A stretch of DNA of 64,000 bases, taken from Saccostrea echinata. Taxonomy: Eukaryota. The stretch is taken from contig NW_026889760.1 in assembly GCF_033153115.1 (NCBI RefSeq), forward strand, positions 3,410,001 through 3,474,000, given 5' to 3'. The translations under genes were made by a program, and so were the position numbers. The notes below the pieces were generated by a model that saw only the letters and a program-made list of their open reading frames with translations, made no database searches and was not told the origin of the DNA. This document shows, one piece after another, positions 26,192 to 38,282 of the stretch (its first letter is position 1; every line of letters starts with the position of its first letter).

Positions 26192-27690
26192 ATGGCGAAT
26201 GTTTACATCGCAACGAAATATAAAGCAGACGAAATAATTCGACGTCTTAAAAAAAGGAAGAACACAGATACTCCCAACCACTACTGGTGTTCTTTGTCAG
26301 GGTGTGCAGCAGACGGGAGGCCAGTTGAGGCACTTATCCTTGGATGCAAGGCGTCCAATTTTAAGAGGAAACTCAAATTACAAAGGCAGTGGTCTCAGCA
26401 GGTCTTTCGAGACGAGAAGTTTTCCCCTAAACGATACCACTCCGTTTGTTCCCTACATTTAGCAGATGGCTGTCCCACTGAAAACAATCCTATCCCCACC
26501 CTATTTAGTCGCTACAATTTCAAGATTCCAAAGTAGAAACCACCTCCACTGAAAAACGTCAGCATGCATAAGCGAATACAACCGCTATGAATATACATCA
26601 ACAGAGAAGAAGTGTAGAGGGTCAATGTAAAAAAAAACCAGAGTCATCCAGGAAGCTGACTAGATTCGAAGAATTCTTGATGACACTCCTCAGAATTTGA
26701 CTTGGTGTCAACACCTCTTTACTTGCTAACTTGTTTGGGGTAGCTGAGAGTCGGGTATACCAAATATTTAGCACATGGATTAATCTCATATATAGGGTGT
26801 GTTACTAAGAAATATAAGATTCAAACTGCAAGTTCACTAATTTGTCTAAATTTCAAATAAAAATCTAAATATTGTTAATATTTAATGAAAATATCTTATT
26901 ATATTACAAATGGTTTATTTCCTTAAATAAATTAATTACTTGTAATTGGTAAATATATTATATATTTATTTATTTATTTAGATTCACAAATAATATAATA
27001 TAATTCACACAGAATACTAGTATTTTGACTTTGAAAAGTATTACTATGTAAATGTATTTTATATAGGTATTTGGACCTCAAATTAATGGACCCTCAAAAG
27101 CAAAAGTAAGGAAATTCATGCCACACTCGTTCAAGAAAGCTTTTCCTAAGACAAGAGTTCAGAGTAATCGACTGAACAGAGATGTTTGTTCAGCGGCCAC
27201 GTACCCCTTAAGCACAGCATCAAACATACAATAAGAAGCCACAACACATTAAAGTGCCTTGTTGGAATCACTCCCTCTGGTGCCTTCTCTTTTGTGTTTG
27301 AATTATGGGGAGGGAATGTTTCAGACAGATATATCATGGCTAAAAGTGGATTTCTTGCCATAATTTCTCCGGGAGATGAGGTAATGGTGGACCATTGCTT
27401 TTTACATGTAATAAAGAGTTACTTACTTAAAAGGAAGGCAAAGTTGATAATACCACCTTTTACGATAAAATGTAATTAGGAAAAGGGGAAACAACTCACA
27501 GCCTCTCAAGTGGGTGATACACGAAACATTGCTAAACTTCGAATACATGAAGAGAGGGCAATTCAGAGATTAAAATGCCTTCAACTGTTGTCAACTGTTA
27601 TTCCATTATCTTTAAAACCATTATAGCAAGTCAGATAGTCACTGTATCTGCTTTTCTTCGTAATTTTGTATCACCACTTGACAAACGAAT
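26192..27690 (+). pseudogene. THAP-domain + DDE_Tnp_4 (Harbinger-like) transposase, disrupted
   Basis: THAP CSLSGC...W...VCSLH...PIPTLF; HTH remnant LANLFGVAESRVYQIFSTWI; catalytic region HNTLKCLVGITPSGAFSFV..WGGNVSD...PGDEVMVD...IIPPF...IAKLRIHEERAIQRLK; stops and frameshifts. Confidence 0.85.
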
Positions 27691-27873
27691 AATGATCTAC
27701 ATATGATGCATATAATTGTACTATCCAAAGATGTGTTCATGAATGCTCTATGATCATAATAGTAGCTATGCACAGAATATGACATCTGAAACATGTGCTT
27801 AAATTAAATCAAAAGAATAAGATCTTTTTTATGTAACTGAATGTTCATTCCATTAAGGCATCTTAATACATAC

Positions 27874-28748
27874 CAGACCTGGGGTCAATTACTTTAAATG
27901 TAATGCATTAAATTACAATTACTTTGAAATTTTTACCATTACAATTACAATTACCATTACCCTCATTTAGAAAAGTAATTAATTAAATTACAATTACTTT
28001 GTTTAAGTAATGAATTACATTATACATTACATTTTATAAGAGAAAAACACAAATTTTATGACCACACAATTTATATCTATACTTTTCAAACTTTGTGCTT
28101 GATTGATATGCTTTCCCTCAGGTCTGTAAGTCAGAGTGGTATTTGGATTTTGTATTCATTTATCATGTCCATGTAGTTTACCAATCTACCATGATCTACA
28201 GTTGACAAAGAAAGTGGATCGAAACACTTTTAATGTTGTAGTTTTGTTCAGTCTCTGATGTTAGTTCCTCCATTTTTTTTTTAAATAAATGTATTAATGT
28301 CACTTGTTTTGTGGATTCTTTGAAACCTAATGATTTTTTTTTTTTTTTTTTTTTTAAATCTGGCTTTCTTCAATTGATTTTATAACTGTCTTGTCAATAA
28401 GTTTTCTATTAAAACAATTATTTAGTATGTCTGTCAATCACCATTGAATAAACATTTTTTTTAAAGTAAGATATAGGATTTTAATTTTAAGACTTTAACA
28501 TTATAAATAAAAAAAAATAACCTCTCAGTGACCTTTATTTGTTTCAGATTCAATAATAAAGAGGGATTTAAAACCAAAATATAATTGAAATGTAATTGAA
28601 AAGTAATGGTCATTACTGACATTTTTTTTTAAAAGTAATGCATTACATTACAATTATTTGTAATTGAAAGATGAGTCCATTACACATTACATCCAATTAC
28701 TTTGAAAAAATGTAATGATTACAATGCATTACCATTACCCCAGGTCTG
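27874..28748. mobile_element. hAT-type MITE with ATTAC repeats, nested in the ISL2EU element
   Basis: TIR CAGACCTGGGG / CCCCAGGTCTG; 8-bp TSD ATACATAC/ATACAAAC. Confidence 0.85.
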
Positions 28749-29029
28749 ATACAAACTGTAATGTACATATTGTATTTATTTTTGAAAGAATTTAATCATA
28801 TGATCATGATGATTGAAATATTTTATTGTTTGTTCCTAATTTATATTTATCAGTTCAGGTATTCTACCATCAACAAATTATGAACAAATGAATCCTGTAC
28901 CTTAGACCAAAAGTGTTTTAAGTTTTTCCTCCCTGTTATAATCAAGAATGCCATAAATTAGTATGCATTACATGCTTATCTCATTCACAAATTTGTTACT
29001 CTGCTATACTTCGAGAGACATAATTGCAA

Positions 29030-30192
29030 CTTTCAAATGTTTGTTGAAGAAATATTCACATTTTTGTACAATTTCCTCAAATTTCAAAGGATCATAATGT
29101 ATTTGCTCACAGAAAAATCCACATTTTGTGTAAAAACACAGGAGCTTAAACAATTTTTTTTTCAATTTCTTTAATAGAGTTGTTGTACAAGGACTTGCAT
29201 GGGTTGTTTATTGAATGGTGAACGCAAACTTCAGGTTCTTCTCCTGTATAGTCCTGTAGTTTTATGTAATTTGCCAATACAGGATGAGATGACATGAGGC
29301 TTAAATAATTGTCCCAAACACATGGAATATCTGTTCCGACTTGAGTGTGACAGTTTTTGTGCCTCTCACAGAATGAAGCCACAGCAAATATCGAAGCTGT
29401 ACAGTGCTTACACGACCCATCATCTCTAAAATCAAGAGAATTTTTGGTAAAGTGATGAAGTATTGAATATGAAATTTCATGACATGAATTAAGTGTATTG
29501 AGCAATTTACATAATCATAAATGCTTCTACGCTGAGACAGGGCTCCCTCTGTGTATGTTTTTTTTATGAACATTAGTATATCTTTATGAAATAACAATTC
29601 TGATAATTATTGCTTTAATTCCTACTGGAGAATCTGTAGTCATAATGTGAAAATCAGAATATTTACACTACATCCACCTGAGTGAATCTGTTCATTGCCC
29701 TCAACAAATATCCAGGTCTTGTACGGATCTGCATCCTGGCTAGTCTCAGGAACTGTGTCACACTTGATGTGCTGAAAATCATCAGATAGGGAGGACACTT
29801 TCACTTTATCAACGTGGTTGTTTTAGTCTGTATTCATTGTTTTCTCTCTGTCCAAGTTTTCAACCGAGAATGACGTACTCCAGCCATCATTCAAAAGTTT
29901 TATGAAAACATCGGAAATCTCAATGTCCGGCAGTTTTATGAGATCTTCAGACCACATATCAACACTTGTTATATTTTGGAAAACTTTATCTCCAACAGTT
30001 TGACATCACCACCCTGTAATCATCTGACACTTCTGAATTTCAACTGCCAGTTCACAAAGTCTTGATTATCAAATGATATTTTAAATATATTGAAAAAGCT
30101 ATACCTTTAAGGGATAAAAAGTCTTTCAGCATAGGCACTTGCCAAGATGTGAAATTATAGTCGTAATCACAGTCTGTATCTAATGACGCCAT
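29030..30192 (-). pseudogene. Second transposon gene: SWIM zinc finger with YqaJ-like C-terminal remnant, disrupted
   Basis: SCKHCTASIFAV...GTDIPCVW, and FYTKCGFFCEQIHYDPLKFEEIVQKCEYFF resembling the end of YqaJ-type domains; candidate start MASLDTDCDYD at 30192. Confidence 0.6.
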
Positions 30193-30829
30193 CGTTTACG
30201 ATGAAAACGGAAGTAAACATTTGCGTGATGTAAAAATCGGATCGGAAACGTATCTCGGAAGTCGCGTATTCTGGTATCTTGTTCACACTTCTAAATCAGT
30301 GACGTAGCACTATCTTGTGTCACGTGAATTGAGCAATGACTATGATTAGATAATCAAAGATTTCTCCCTAGAAGAATGATATTAACACAGTAAGACTCAT
30401 ATAATCATTTAAAACTTCTACACTTCAGACATTACTTAATAGAATTTACAACATTGCTTTGATCTGTGATCTGGCTAGGCTACTGCATAAGTTGTAGTAG
30501 AAACATAACAAAGATAAAGAATTTTGAGTCAGAATTGTCATTTATTAAATCACAATAACTGCATGTATATAACACAATTATAGCTAAGGGGAGATCACCG
30601 GTATAAGAACAGGAAAACATTTAATTAGTACAAAGAACTATAAAATTGGTAATGGAATCTCCCCTGTCACAAGAAGTCATTAGTTTGGCAAAAATATTTG
30701 GACAAATAAAAAGTACACAAAAACAATGATGTCAAAACAAAAAGCAGCCACTAAAGCAAACAGCTATGAAAATTGTTTGCAAGAACACAACAAATTTATA
30801 TAAATACAATGACCTAAAACTGATATGAA

Positions 30830-31235
30830 ACATGTCAGACAAAGTACGATCTTTCAAACGGTTGTAATTGCAAAAGAAGATCATTATATCTGCCGTAAAA
30901 TTTGCGAAAAGCAGACCTTAAAAGAGCTTGTTAACATTCTTGTAATAGCGACTTATTTGTCAATAGCTTGTCTTAATTAAAAATTGATCGTACTCAGAAT
31001 ATGCTCTTGGGTATCGAATCAGTTGGTAGACATAAACACCATATGCTTCTGATTTGGAATGTTACTGCAAAAAATAAGGGACGTTGCAAATGGAAAAAGT
31101 AAAGTCATCCCATTTGTCGTACACTTTAGTTATTGGTTGGTCATTATTTTCCCTAGTCAGAGAACAACCAAATAGGACACAGATGTAGCAGACTTTTCAG
31201 TATCTTTTATTTCAAGAAAAAAGATATCATATTGA
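30830..31235 (-). mobile_element. Penelope-like RT remnant (duplicate of 11340-11740)
   Basis: Direct similarity inside the segmental duplication, so the insertion predates the duplication. Confidence 0.75.
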
Positions 31236-32740
31236 AGAAAGTCATTTTGTCTTCTGCAGCGTTTGTAGAGGCAGATATCCCAGTGCTCAATATTTCATTT
31301 AAATAAAGTGGCATGGACATACTTGCATTGCTTTCTTGTTTATAATCTTGAATTTATACTTTTATTTGAAACATAGTTTCAGTTAAATGGCTTTAACTTA
31401 TATGATTTTTTTCATAACCTTATACACCAAACGCCTGTGTTTGTAAACATAGGAATGGAGCTCTAATATAGTCTTTTCGTTTTACCTGGTTCGTTCGACT
31501 TGCTAAATTTGCTATCATCACTGACCACTGTTTTGACGTTTTTGCTTTCCTACATTTTTAAAAACTTTTTCTTAATGATAGTCTTAAAATCTACTTAATT
31601 ATTACTATTTAAGGTAAGGTTTGCGATTACAGGGAGATAACTCTTATGAATCACTTAAGCGTTTGAAACCGGCGAAATTTAAACCAGCGATAAGAAGCAT
31701 TCAATCGCTAATGAATTTCGGCTGTGAAACACCATGACATGAATTGATGAAATGATGAACACAAACAAAGGACATTTCCAGTAGAAAATCGTATAGGCCT
31801 AACAATTTAAAGTAAAGGAATCTCAGAAGAATTTAGCGGACAAATGCTTAGCGTGATGCACGATTGATGACGCAATAAAAGAGCACTAGTTTATTTTCAA
31901 TACGGAACTGCGCAAGTTGCACGGTTATTCAAGTCAGCAGGAGCAAAGAATCAGATGTATTGTAAATCATGCACTTCACCGCGTCACTTAATCATGTTAA
32001 AATGACAACACGAACGAAAGAAAGAAACATCCAGCATCCTGTTACACTCTGAGTGGTGTATGCAGTATGCACTCCGAACAGGGAAGAGAAGTCATGGAGT
32101 ATTTGACAGCTTGATATAGTTGCATCAGACAGGTAATTATCTAACTGTTAATTTTAAGTATTTGTAGTTCATAATCGCGTATTACAACTACGGATTACAG
32201 AACTTTGTCAATGACCTAAACGGACATAAACAGGAATGAATGAACAGATCAGGGTACATGTTAATCCGAGTTTCCTCTGACTGTAAACCCTACTTTTATC
32301 TGTTTATATTGTGACATGGTCAGCGAATATCAGATAAGGTGCATGTGATTTTAATCCAGCAATGCAGAAAAAGTTTTCATCCAACTTTTTAAAATCTCTC
32401 TCTCTTTCTCTCCATCTCTCTATTTTTTTAATACAATCAGGAAAGCATTTTCATCAGTTATTTTTTATGAAATTGTTTGAATTATTGATTGACACCTTAT
32501 TTTTCAATGCAAATTAGTTCTCACTGAAAAAGATCTGAAGCCCAAATCTATTTAAAAAGTATCAATCTTGAATGCAGTGAACAAATAAATGTTCTAACTC
32601 TTAGTCAAAACATACTAGTTTATATGTTGCACATGGATTTTCTCCCTAGATAGATTTTAATATGAATTTTATCATAAACTTTCAATTAATTTAATTATCT
32701 CAAAGAGGATTTAAAAGTAGGTTCAAAAGAGGGGGATTTT

Positions 32741-32901
32741 TAAGCATTGAATCATTATTTTTTGAAAGATATAGTCTCGTAACTGCAACGGTGTGTGCAA
32801 AGTAATTGAGTAACGCGCAGTAGCGCGTTATGAAAATATGTTGGCACACACCGTTGCAGTTATGAGACTATATCTTTCAAAAAATAATGATTCAATGCTT
32901 A
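32741..32901. repeat. ~160-bp palindrome (probable Crypton-type MITE core)
   Basis: TAAGCATTGAATCATTATTTTTTGAAAGATATAGTCTC.TAACTGCAACGGTGTGTGC and its reverse complement flank TAACGCGCAGTAGCGCGTTA. Confidence 0.8.
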
Positions 32902-34842
32902 TATTTACATTTTTTAACTCCTTGCCTTGATTGCAAATGTGATTTATATTTCAAAAACCCTGTATTATCCTTCGGGTAAGTTACAATGAATGGAAGAGCC
33001 GTTGCAACAGCCTTCTGTTCAATGTGAGCGTGAATTTTGATTTTCGCGTATGACGTTGCATTTCCATGGCGCTTAACGTTTGTGACGTAAAAATAAAACG
33101 CATACTTTAACCTTTTGACCCCCTGTCCATGTTATGGTGTGTTGAATGCCATATAGCTTTCCTTACACTTTAAAGCAAAATACATGTGGAATGTAAATAT
33201 AAAGCTATAAAGTCTGGGACTCAGTATCAAGACATTTTCAGTACTTTTCCTATTTTTACTTATATGCACTGGCTATATATGTTCCAGTATTGATTATGAT
33301 TTACTGATTGCTAAGCTCAGTTGATTATCCTACTCTGACATGGTAAATTTTGGTTCTCTCAAAATAGATACATGGTCAGTTGGTACATGTAAATATATGT
33401 ATTTCATTTATTTTTTTTTATTTTATTATTTTCATTATATATATTTTTTTAAGTTTGAAGTAACCTTTGATGGAGTCTTATAGAGACAGCTGGCACAGGT
33501 TGAAATTATGACATAATACAGGTGAGCTTTTCTAAAGTACAGTTTGTATTTATTTTTTCCTCATCAAGTGATACGTACATTAGTATAGTCTGGATCAGGC
33601 CCGTAAGAAGCAATTTCAGCTTGGGGGGGGGGGGGGGCACAACGAAACCCATTTTCAGTTTGTGGGGGCACTACCAATAATATTAAAATTCCTTGGCAAG
33701 CAAAAATGAAAGGTCATCAGACGTTATTATTTAGGTGGCACAAGCATATATTTAGCTATGTTTTCTATAGTATATAGTGTTCTATATATCAGCAAAATTA
33801 GGGGGGATGCCTCCCCCCCCTCCCAGTTCCTAAGACCATGTGGATAGTTTAATTTAGATTGAATGGTTTTAATGAGGGTCTGGAAATACTTTCTGTGAAT
33901 GAAGTTCTATTTTTATTAGTATCTCATTTTTTAAATAAAAAGAGATTCAGATTATGCATTGCTTAGGCTGTGTTTTAGAAAATTCGCTCATCAAGCTTAT
34001 ATAATTGCATTCATCTAATTCAATCTTTATAAATTAATGTATACATTTATTTTTGATAATAGTTGTACCATTATTAGTTATAAAGTGAGTATGTTGGAAA
34101 TTCAATCATTTCATATTTTTTTTTCATTCCTTTCATTATATGAAAATGAACACACAATTTCAGATTATGGATCATTAATTGGAAATAAATCAGAAAAAGT
34201 ACTTCAGTTCTTGCTTAGAAGATCAGTGCCATCTATTATAGTAAAGACCATCGTATTCCAGCTCATGAATGTTCAAGAAAGTTGAAAGATCGAGCAAAGG
34301 TGTGGAACCAGATATGCCAATACCAGTGGCCCAGGATTTGGAGGAGACTGGTTACCCAATAAATGTTATCCATGGAAACAATGATTCCACAACAACATTC
34401 TATCTATAAGCTGTTTTCTTTATATTTAGAAAAAATAAGAGTCTGAGATGATTATAGTACATTGCTTCTCCATCTTTGAACTTGCATTCAGTAAAATAAA
34501 TTTATGCATCAGATGTATTAATTTGGGGTGGCATATGTCTGCTTAACAAGTTTCTATGTAGCATTCAAAAAGTGTTTGTAAAATTTCATGTAAATTGTTA
34601 TAGCAAAATATCCATAGATAATGGACAGAATATGTATCCGTGTCATTATGGCATTGTTATATTTTTCTTGTTCTTGTCCAATATTCATGACAGTGTAATA
34701 ACTTCGCAGAATTTTACAATTTGACTGAAATCGGAAGTACTTGCACTGTAAACTCATTAAAATATGAATTTGTAACTTGAAATCCAATGCTATTGTCTTC
34801 TTACATACAGCTGCATTTATCCAGAATCTGGGACTGATCAAA

Positions 34843-35135
34843 GTCGCCCTCATGGTGCAGTGGTTAGAGCTTTGCTCTAGAATCACAGGGAAAGGAGTTG
34901 ATCCTTGCATTGCGGGTTCAAATCCCACTGCGGGACTTGGAGACCAGTCCTTCAGGTGAAACCATATAAACCGAAGTCCCGTATCAAGTATTTGCTGGCA
35001 CGGAAAAGATCCCTCACTGCTCAGAAGGCCATAAGTGTCGAGTACAGGTCTAAATTTGCAGCCCTCCACTGGCAAGTGGTGGCGTCTCAATATGAGTGAA
35101 ATAATCTTGAAGGGAGGGTAAGCAAACAAACGAAC
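34843..35135 (+). mobile_element. Same SINE family, diverged copy
   Basis: End-to-end similarity to 25468-25766. Confidence 0.85.
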
Positions 35136-36529
35136 AGACTATTAAAATGATTGATATGTAGATATTTGTTACTGTTGTTAAGATAGCAGCTACCTGGATA
35201 AAATGCCTGCAACATTTCACTCAAGTGATAGCATGTAAAGCCTCACCAGTCATAGATGAGTAAACACATTAGCTAAGGATGCCTAGAAATTAATACATGT
35301 AGTTGAAATCTTTTGAAATGATTAAATCAACATAAGGTCAAAAAGTTTTACTTAAACTTGTTTTCCAACAGCAGCATGCTAAGAAACCATGATGAACAAT
35401 TACATGTACATGTATACACCTCAAGCATGTTTATAGATACAGGTATTTCTAAAAGGTGTTGAAACATAATTCCATTGACTTTTTCATCAATAATATTGTA
35501 AAGGTGCGTTATGTAGGACATGTATACCAAGAGTCTTTCCAAATGAACTGATTATTTACTATTTAGTAGCATAGAAGGAGTGTTATTGTGGTCAATTTTC
35601 TGCCCCAAAAAACAATTTCATATAAAATTTAGTTTGATGAGTACACTTTCTGAAAATTGTATCAATGTTTAATTAAAATGAAAAAAGGTCTGATTTTCAA
35701 GTACAAAACCCATTATATAGCCTCTGTTTCCATGGAAACGGTGTTGGGGACATATATATTTTTTTAGTCCATTGTAATGAAAATTATCCATTGAACAATT
35801 TCTTGGATTTTTGTGGAATTGGTAGATATAGAAAATGGTGATTTTTACTTGTTTGTTGCCATGGCAACGGTTTCACTTTATTATGGAAAGTTGAAAAAAC
35901 CTCTTTTTTAACCCAAATTTTTACATTTTCAGTAACAGAAATAAAAAAATAAGATAAATTAAGCATAAAATAAAATAATTCATGCCATTTTAATTATTTT
36001 AATATGATAATATATAAAATTAATCAATTTTTTTCATTGAAAATAATTGAACATGTAAAGCGTCAAATACCTCAAATTTGGCGTCTTTTACTCAAAAAAC
36101 GGGACGGGCAATATCTTTTTAGATGGTGTTAAATGATGAAGCTATTCTTCCCAAACAAATTGATGTATGACATATGTACAATTTCAAAAAAATAAAATTT
36201 GGAGGGGGTCGCAAACCTTACCTTAATGATTTCCAACTTTCCTTGAATATAAAGGATAAATCTTAGGTTATGAATATGCAAGAATATGTGACAAATACGC
36301 CCGAAATTCTTACTTTTCATAATTTCAGATTGAAGAAGTTTTTTAACAGGTTTTTATAATACATGTACATGTATATCGTTCTTAAATGCTCTTGCAATTT
36401 GTAAGCCATAAAAATCTACAGAAACATTTTAAGATTATAAACTGCAATCATTTTCATTTAAAAACACAAGAAAAAATCTTATGAATATCAAACATGATAA
36501 CAATTAATTTATAAAACTGATACTGAACA

Positions 36530-36838
36530 GTTGTCCGCGTCGCGCAGCGGTTAAAACGTCTGCTCTAGAGTCGCGGAGTAAGGAGCTGATCCTTACGTCA
36601 CGAGTTCGAATCCACTGATGGACGTGGAGACCGATCCTTCGGATGAAACCGTATAAACCGTGGTCCCGTGTCGCAGTAGGTGTTGGCACGAAAAAGATCA
36701 TTCACTGTTCAATTACCCTGAGTGCCGAGTATAGCTATAAATTTGCAGCCCTCCACCGGCACGTGTTGGCGTATCCATATTAGTGAAAAATTCTCGAGAG
36801 GGACGTTAAACAACACATAATTAAAAAGCAAACAAAAA
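36530..36838 (+). mobile_element. Same SINE family, inserted downstream of the gene B stop codon
   Basis: End-to-end similarity; absent at the homologous site near 12452. Confidence 0.85.
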
Positions 36839-37125
36839 TGGTACATTCAAAACCAATTTTTATTTTTGAATTCTACGCATCGTACCAGATATGCCATAAC
36901 AATCCTTGATGATGTAAATCTTGATATTTGAATGAAATTAGAAATATATAAACAAGTATGTTTCCTCGTCTGATTTACTTTAAACGAACTATTTTAACTC
37001 ATATCCATTATAGCACTAGTTTAAAGAATTCTCACTCAATGTCTGAATACGTAAGGTTTAGTTATGAAGACAAAATATCTGTGATATGAGTGCTTGTGAA
37101 TCTTTACTACACATTTTCATGAACT

Positions 37126-38282
37126 CTATTCCAATATAATAATCATATGTGAAAGTTCACCAACCACCAAGTCAGGCGGCACTTTACCTCTTTGAACAGC
37201 GACTCGCTTCCACATTTCCTGTTTCACATTCTCCTTTAAAGCTTTTAAGTTTCTTTCCAAGGCTATTATAAACACTATTTTTCTCACAACACCCAAGTAA
37301 AATTCATACACTCCAACAGATATCTTTCTTATATATTTTTCCTGTAGTAAATAAAGGCCCTCATCGTTTTCCTGCAAAAGAAACTGTTTACAATCATCTT
37401 TTGGGAAGACAATTCTGGCAATGCTCATTAGTAGATCTTCATCGAGTCCCTTCACTTTTAATTTTCCATCACAGAAAGCCATAAAAGCTAATAATAAAAA
37501 CATTTTCCTTTCTTTGAAATTTTTAGAGTCACGTAAACGATATATCTCACTTTTGATCCTGGTTATTGGCACATCCATAAATTTTGCTGCCTTGCTCAAA
37601 TCAAACTGATCTTGCATTTTACAAATCCAAGCTACACAAGAGGGGTAACCGATAAAATGACATCTTTCATAGTCTATGATAGCCGATTTGACACTTTCTC
37701 TCAGTATGAGTTTCGTCTCTCTCGTACTTCCTTCTTCTTTAACAACACTACGGCTTAAATGATGATTGAAAATTTCTGTTTTTTCCTCTATACTTAAGGT
37801 ATCTAAATCGACATAGTTACTAAAACACGTTTTATTTTGAAAATGATCCGCATGTTCCTTCCATGCATATGTTGGTATTGTAACAATAATATACATGCTT
37901 TTTGACAAACACACCTTTTTAAAGAGTTCTTCTACCGTTTTTATTGAAGCCTGAATTTCCTCATTGGACTGCAGTTCATAAAATATGTCGTCTAAAACTA
38001 ACAATGCTTTGCTTGTTAACTTGGGTATTTCTATATCCAATACATCATGGATCCAGTGTACTTGACATTCAGTCTTCGATATCTGGTTGATATTGTCTGC
38101 TAAATTCTTAGATAAATAGGTTTTGCCAGATCCTTGGACTCCTCTTAAAACAACATACCTTTTTAAAGAAAGAAAACTTTCTGCTCTGCAATAAGTATCC
38201 TTTGAAGTGTCCTTTAGAAGGGAAAGAATTATATCATCCCCTTCATCATGCTCTAATGTAGGTACTTCTCGATGGAAATGGC
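37126..38282 (-). CDS. Gene B terminal exon: P-loop NTPase (STAND, nSTAND3-like) plus helical/winged-helix region
   Basis: Acceptor ttcaatcgtag|GC at 38282. Walker [13 protein letters not shown], Walker B LLVLDDIF, GxP motif IGYPSC. Open for 385 codons to TAG. Confidence 0.9.

Larger units (their letters stand above)
26101..30267. mobile_element. Degenerate ISL2EU-type (PIF/Harbinger-related, PHIS) transposon with two convergent genes
   Basis: 19-bp TIR ACGGAACTTTCGAGATACG (16/19 match). AT duplication confirmed by the empty site CCAATTCTGG near 10789. THAP + DDE on plus, SWIM/YqaJ-like on minus. Confidence 0.85.
31613..36222. mobile_element. Kolobok-like non-autonomous element (TTAA TSD)
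   Basis: TTAA|GGTAAGGTTTGCGA ... TCGCAAACCTTACC|TTAA; absent at the homologous site near 12144. GG termini, unlike piggyBac CC. Confidence 0.8.
14783..37552. repeat. Segmental duplication, transposon-expanded copy
   Basis: Same order of sequence blocks as 8220-13161, interrupted by about 18 kb of insertions, most with recognisable TSDs. Confidence 0.85.

Noticed and set aside
34554-35129. 191-aa ORF
   Set aside because: Antisense read-through of a SINE plus AT-rich flank; similar peptides appear at the other SINE copies.
37421-37609. Plus-strand ORFs 37421-37609, 12996-13238, 61417-61662, 44235-44426 that resemble or overlap each other's loci
   Set aside because: Antisense shadows of the minus-strand coding exons.
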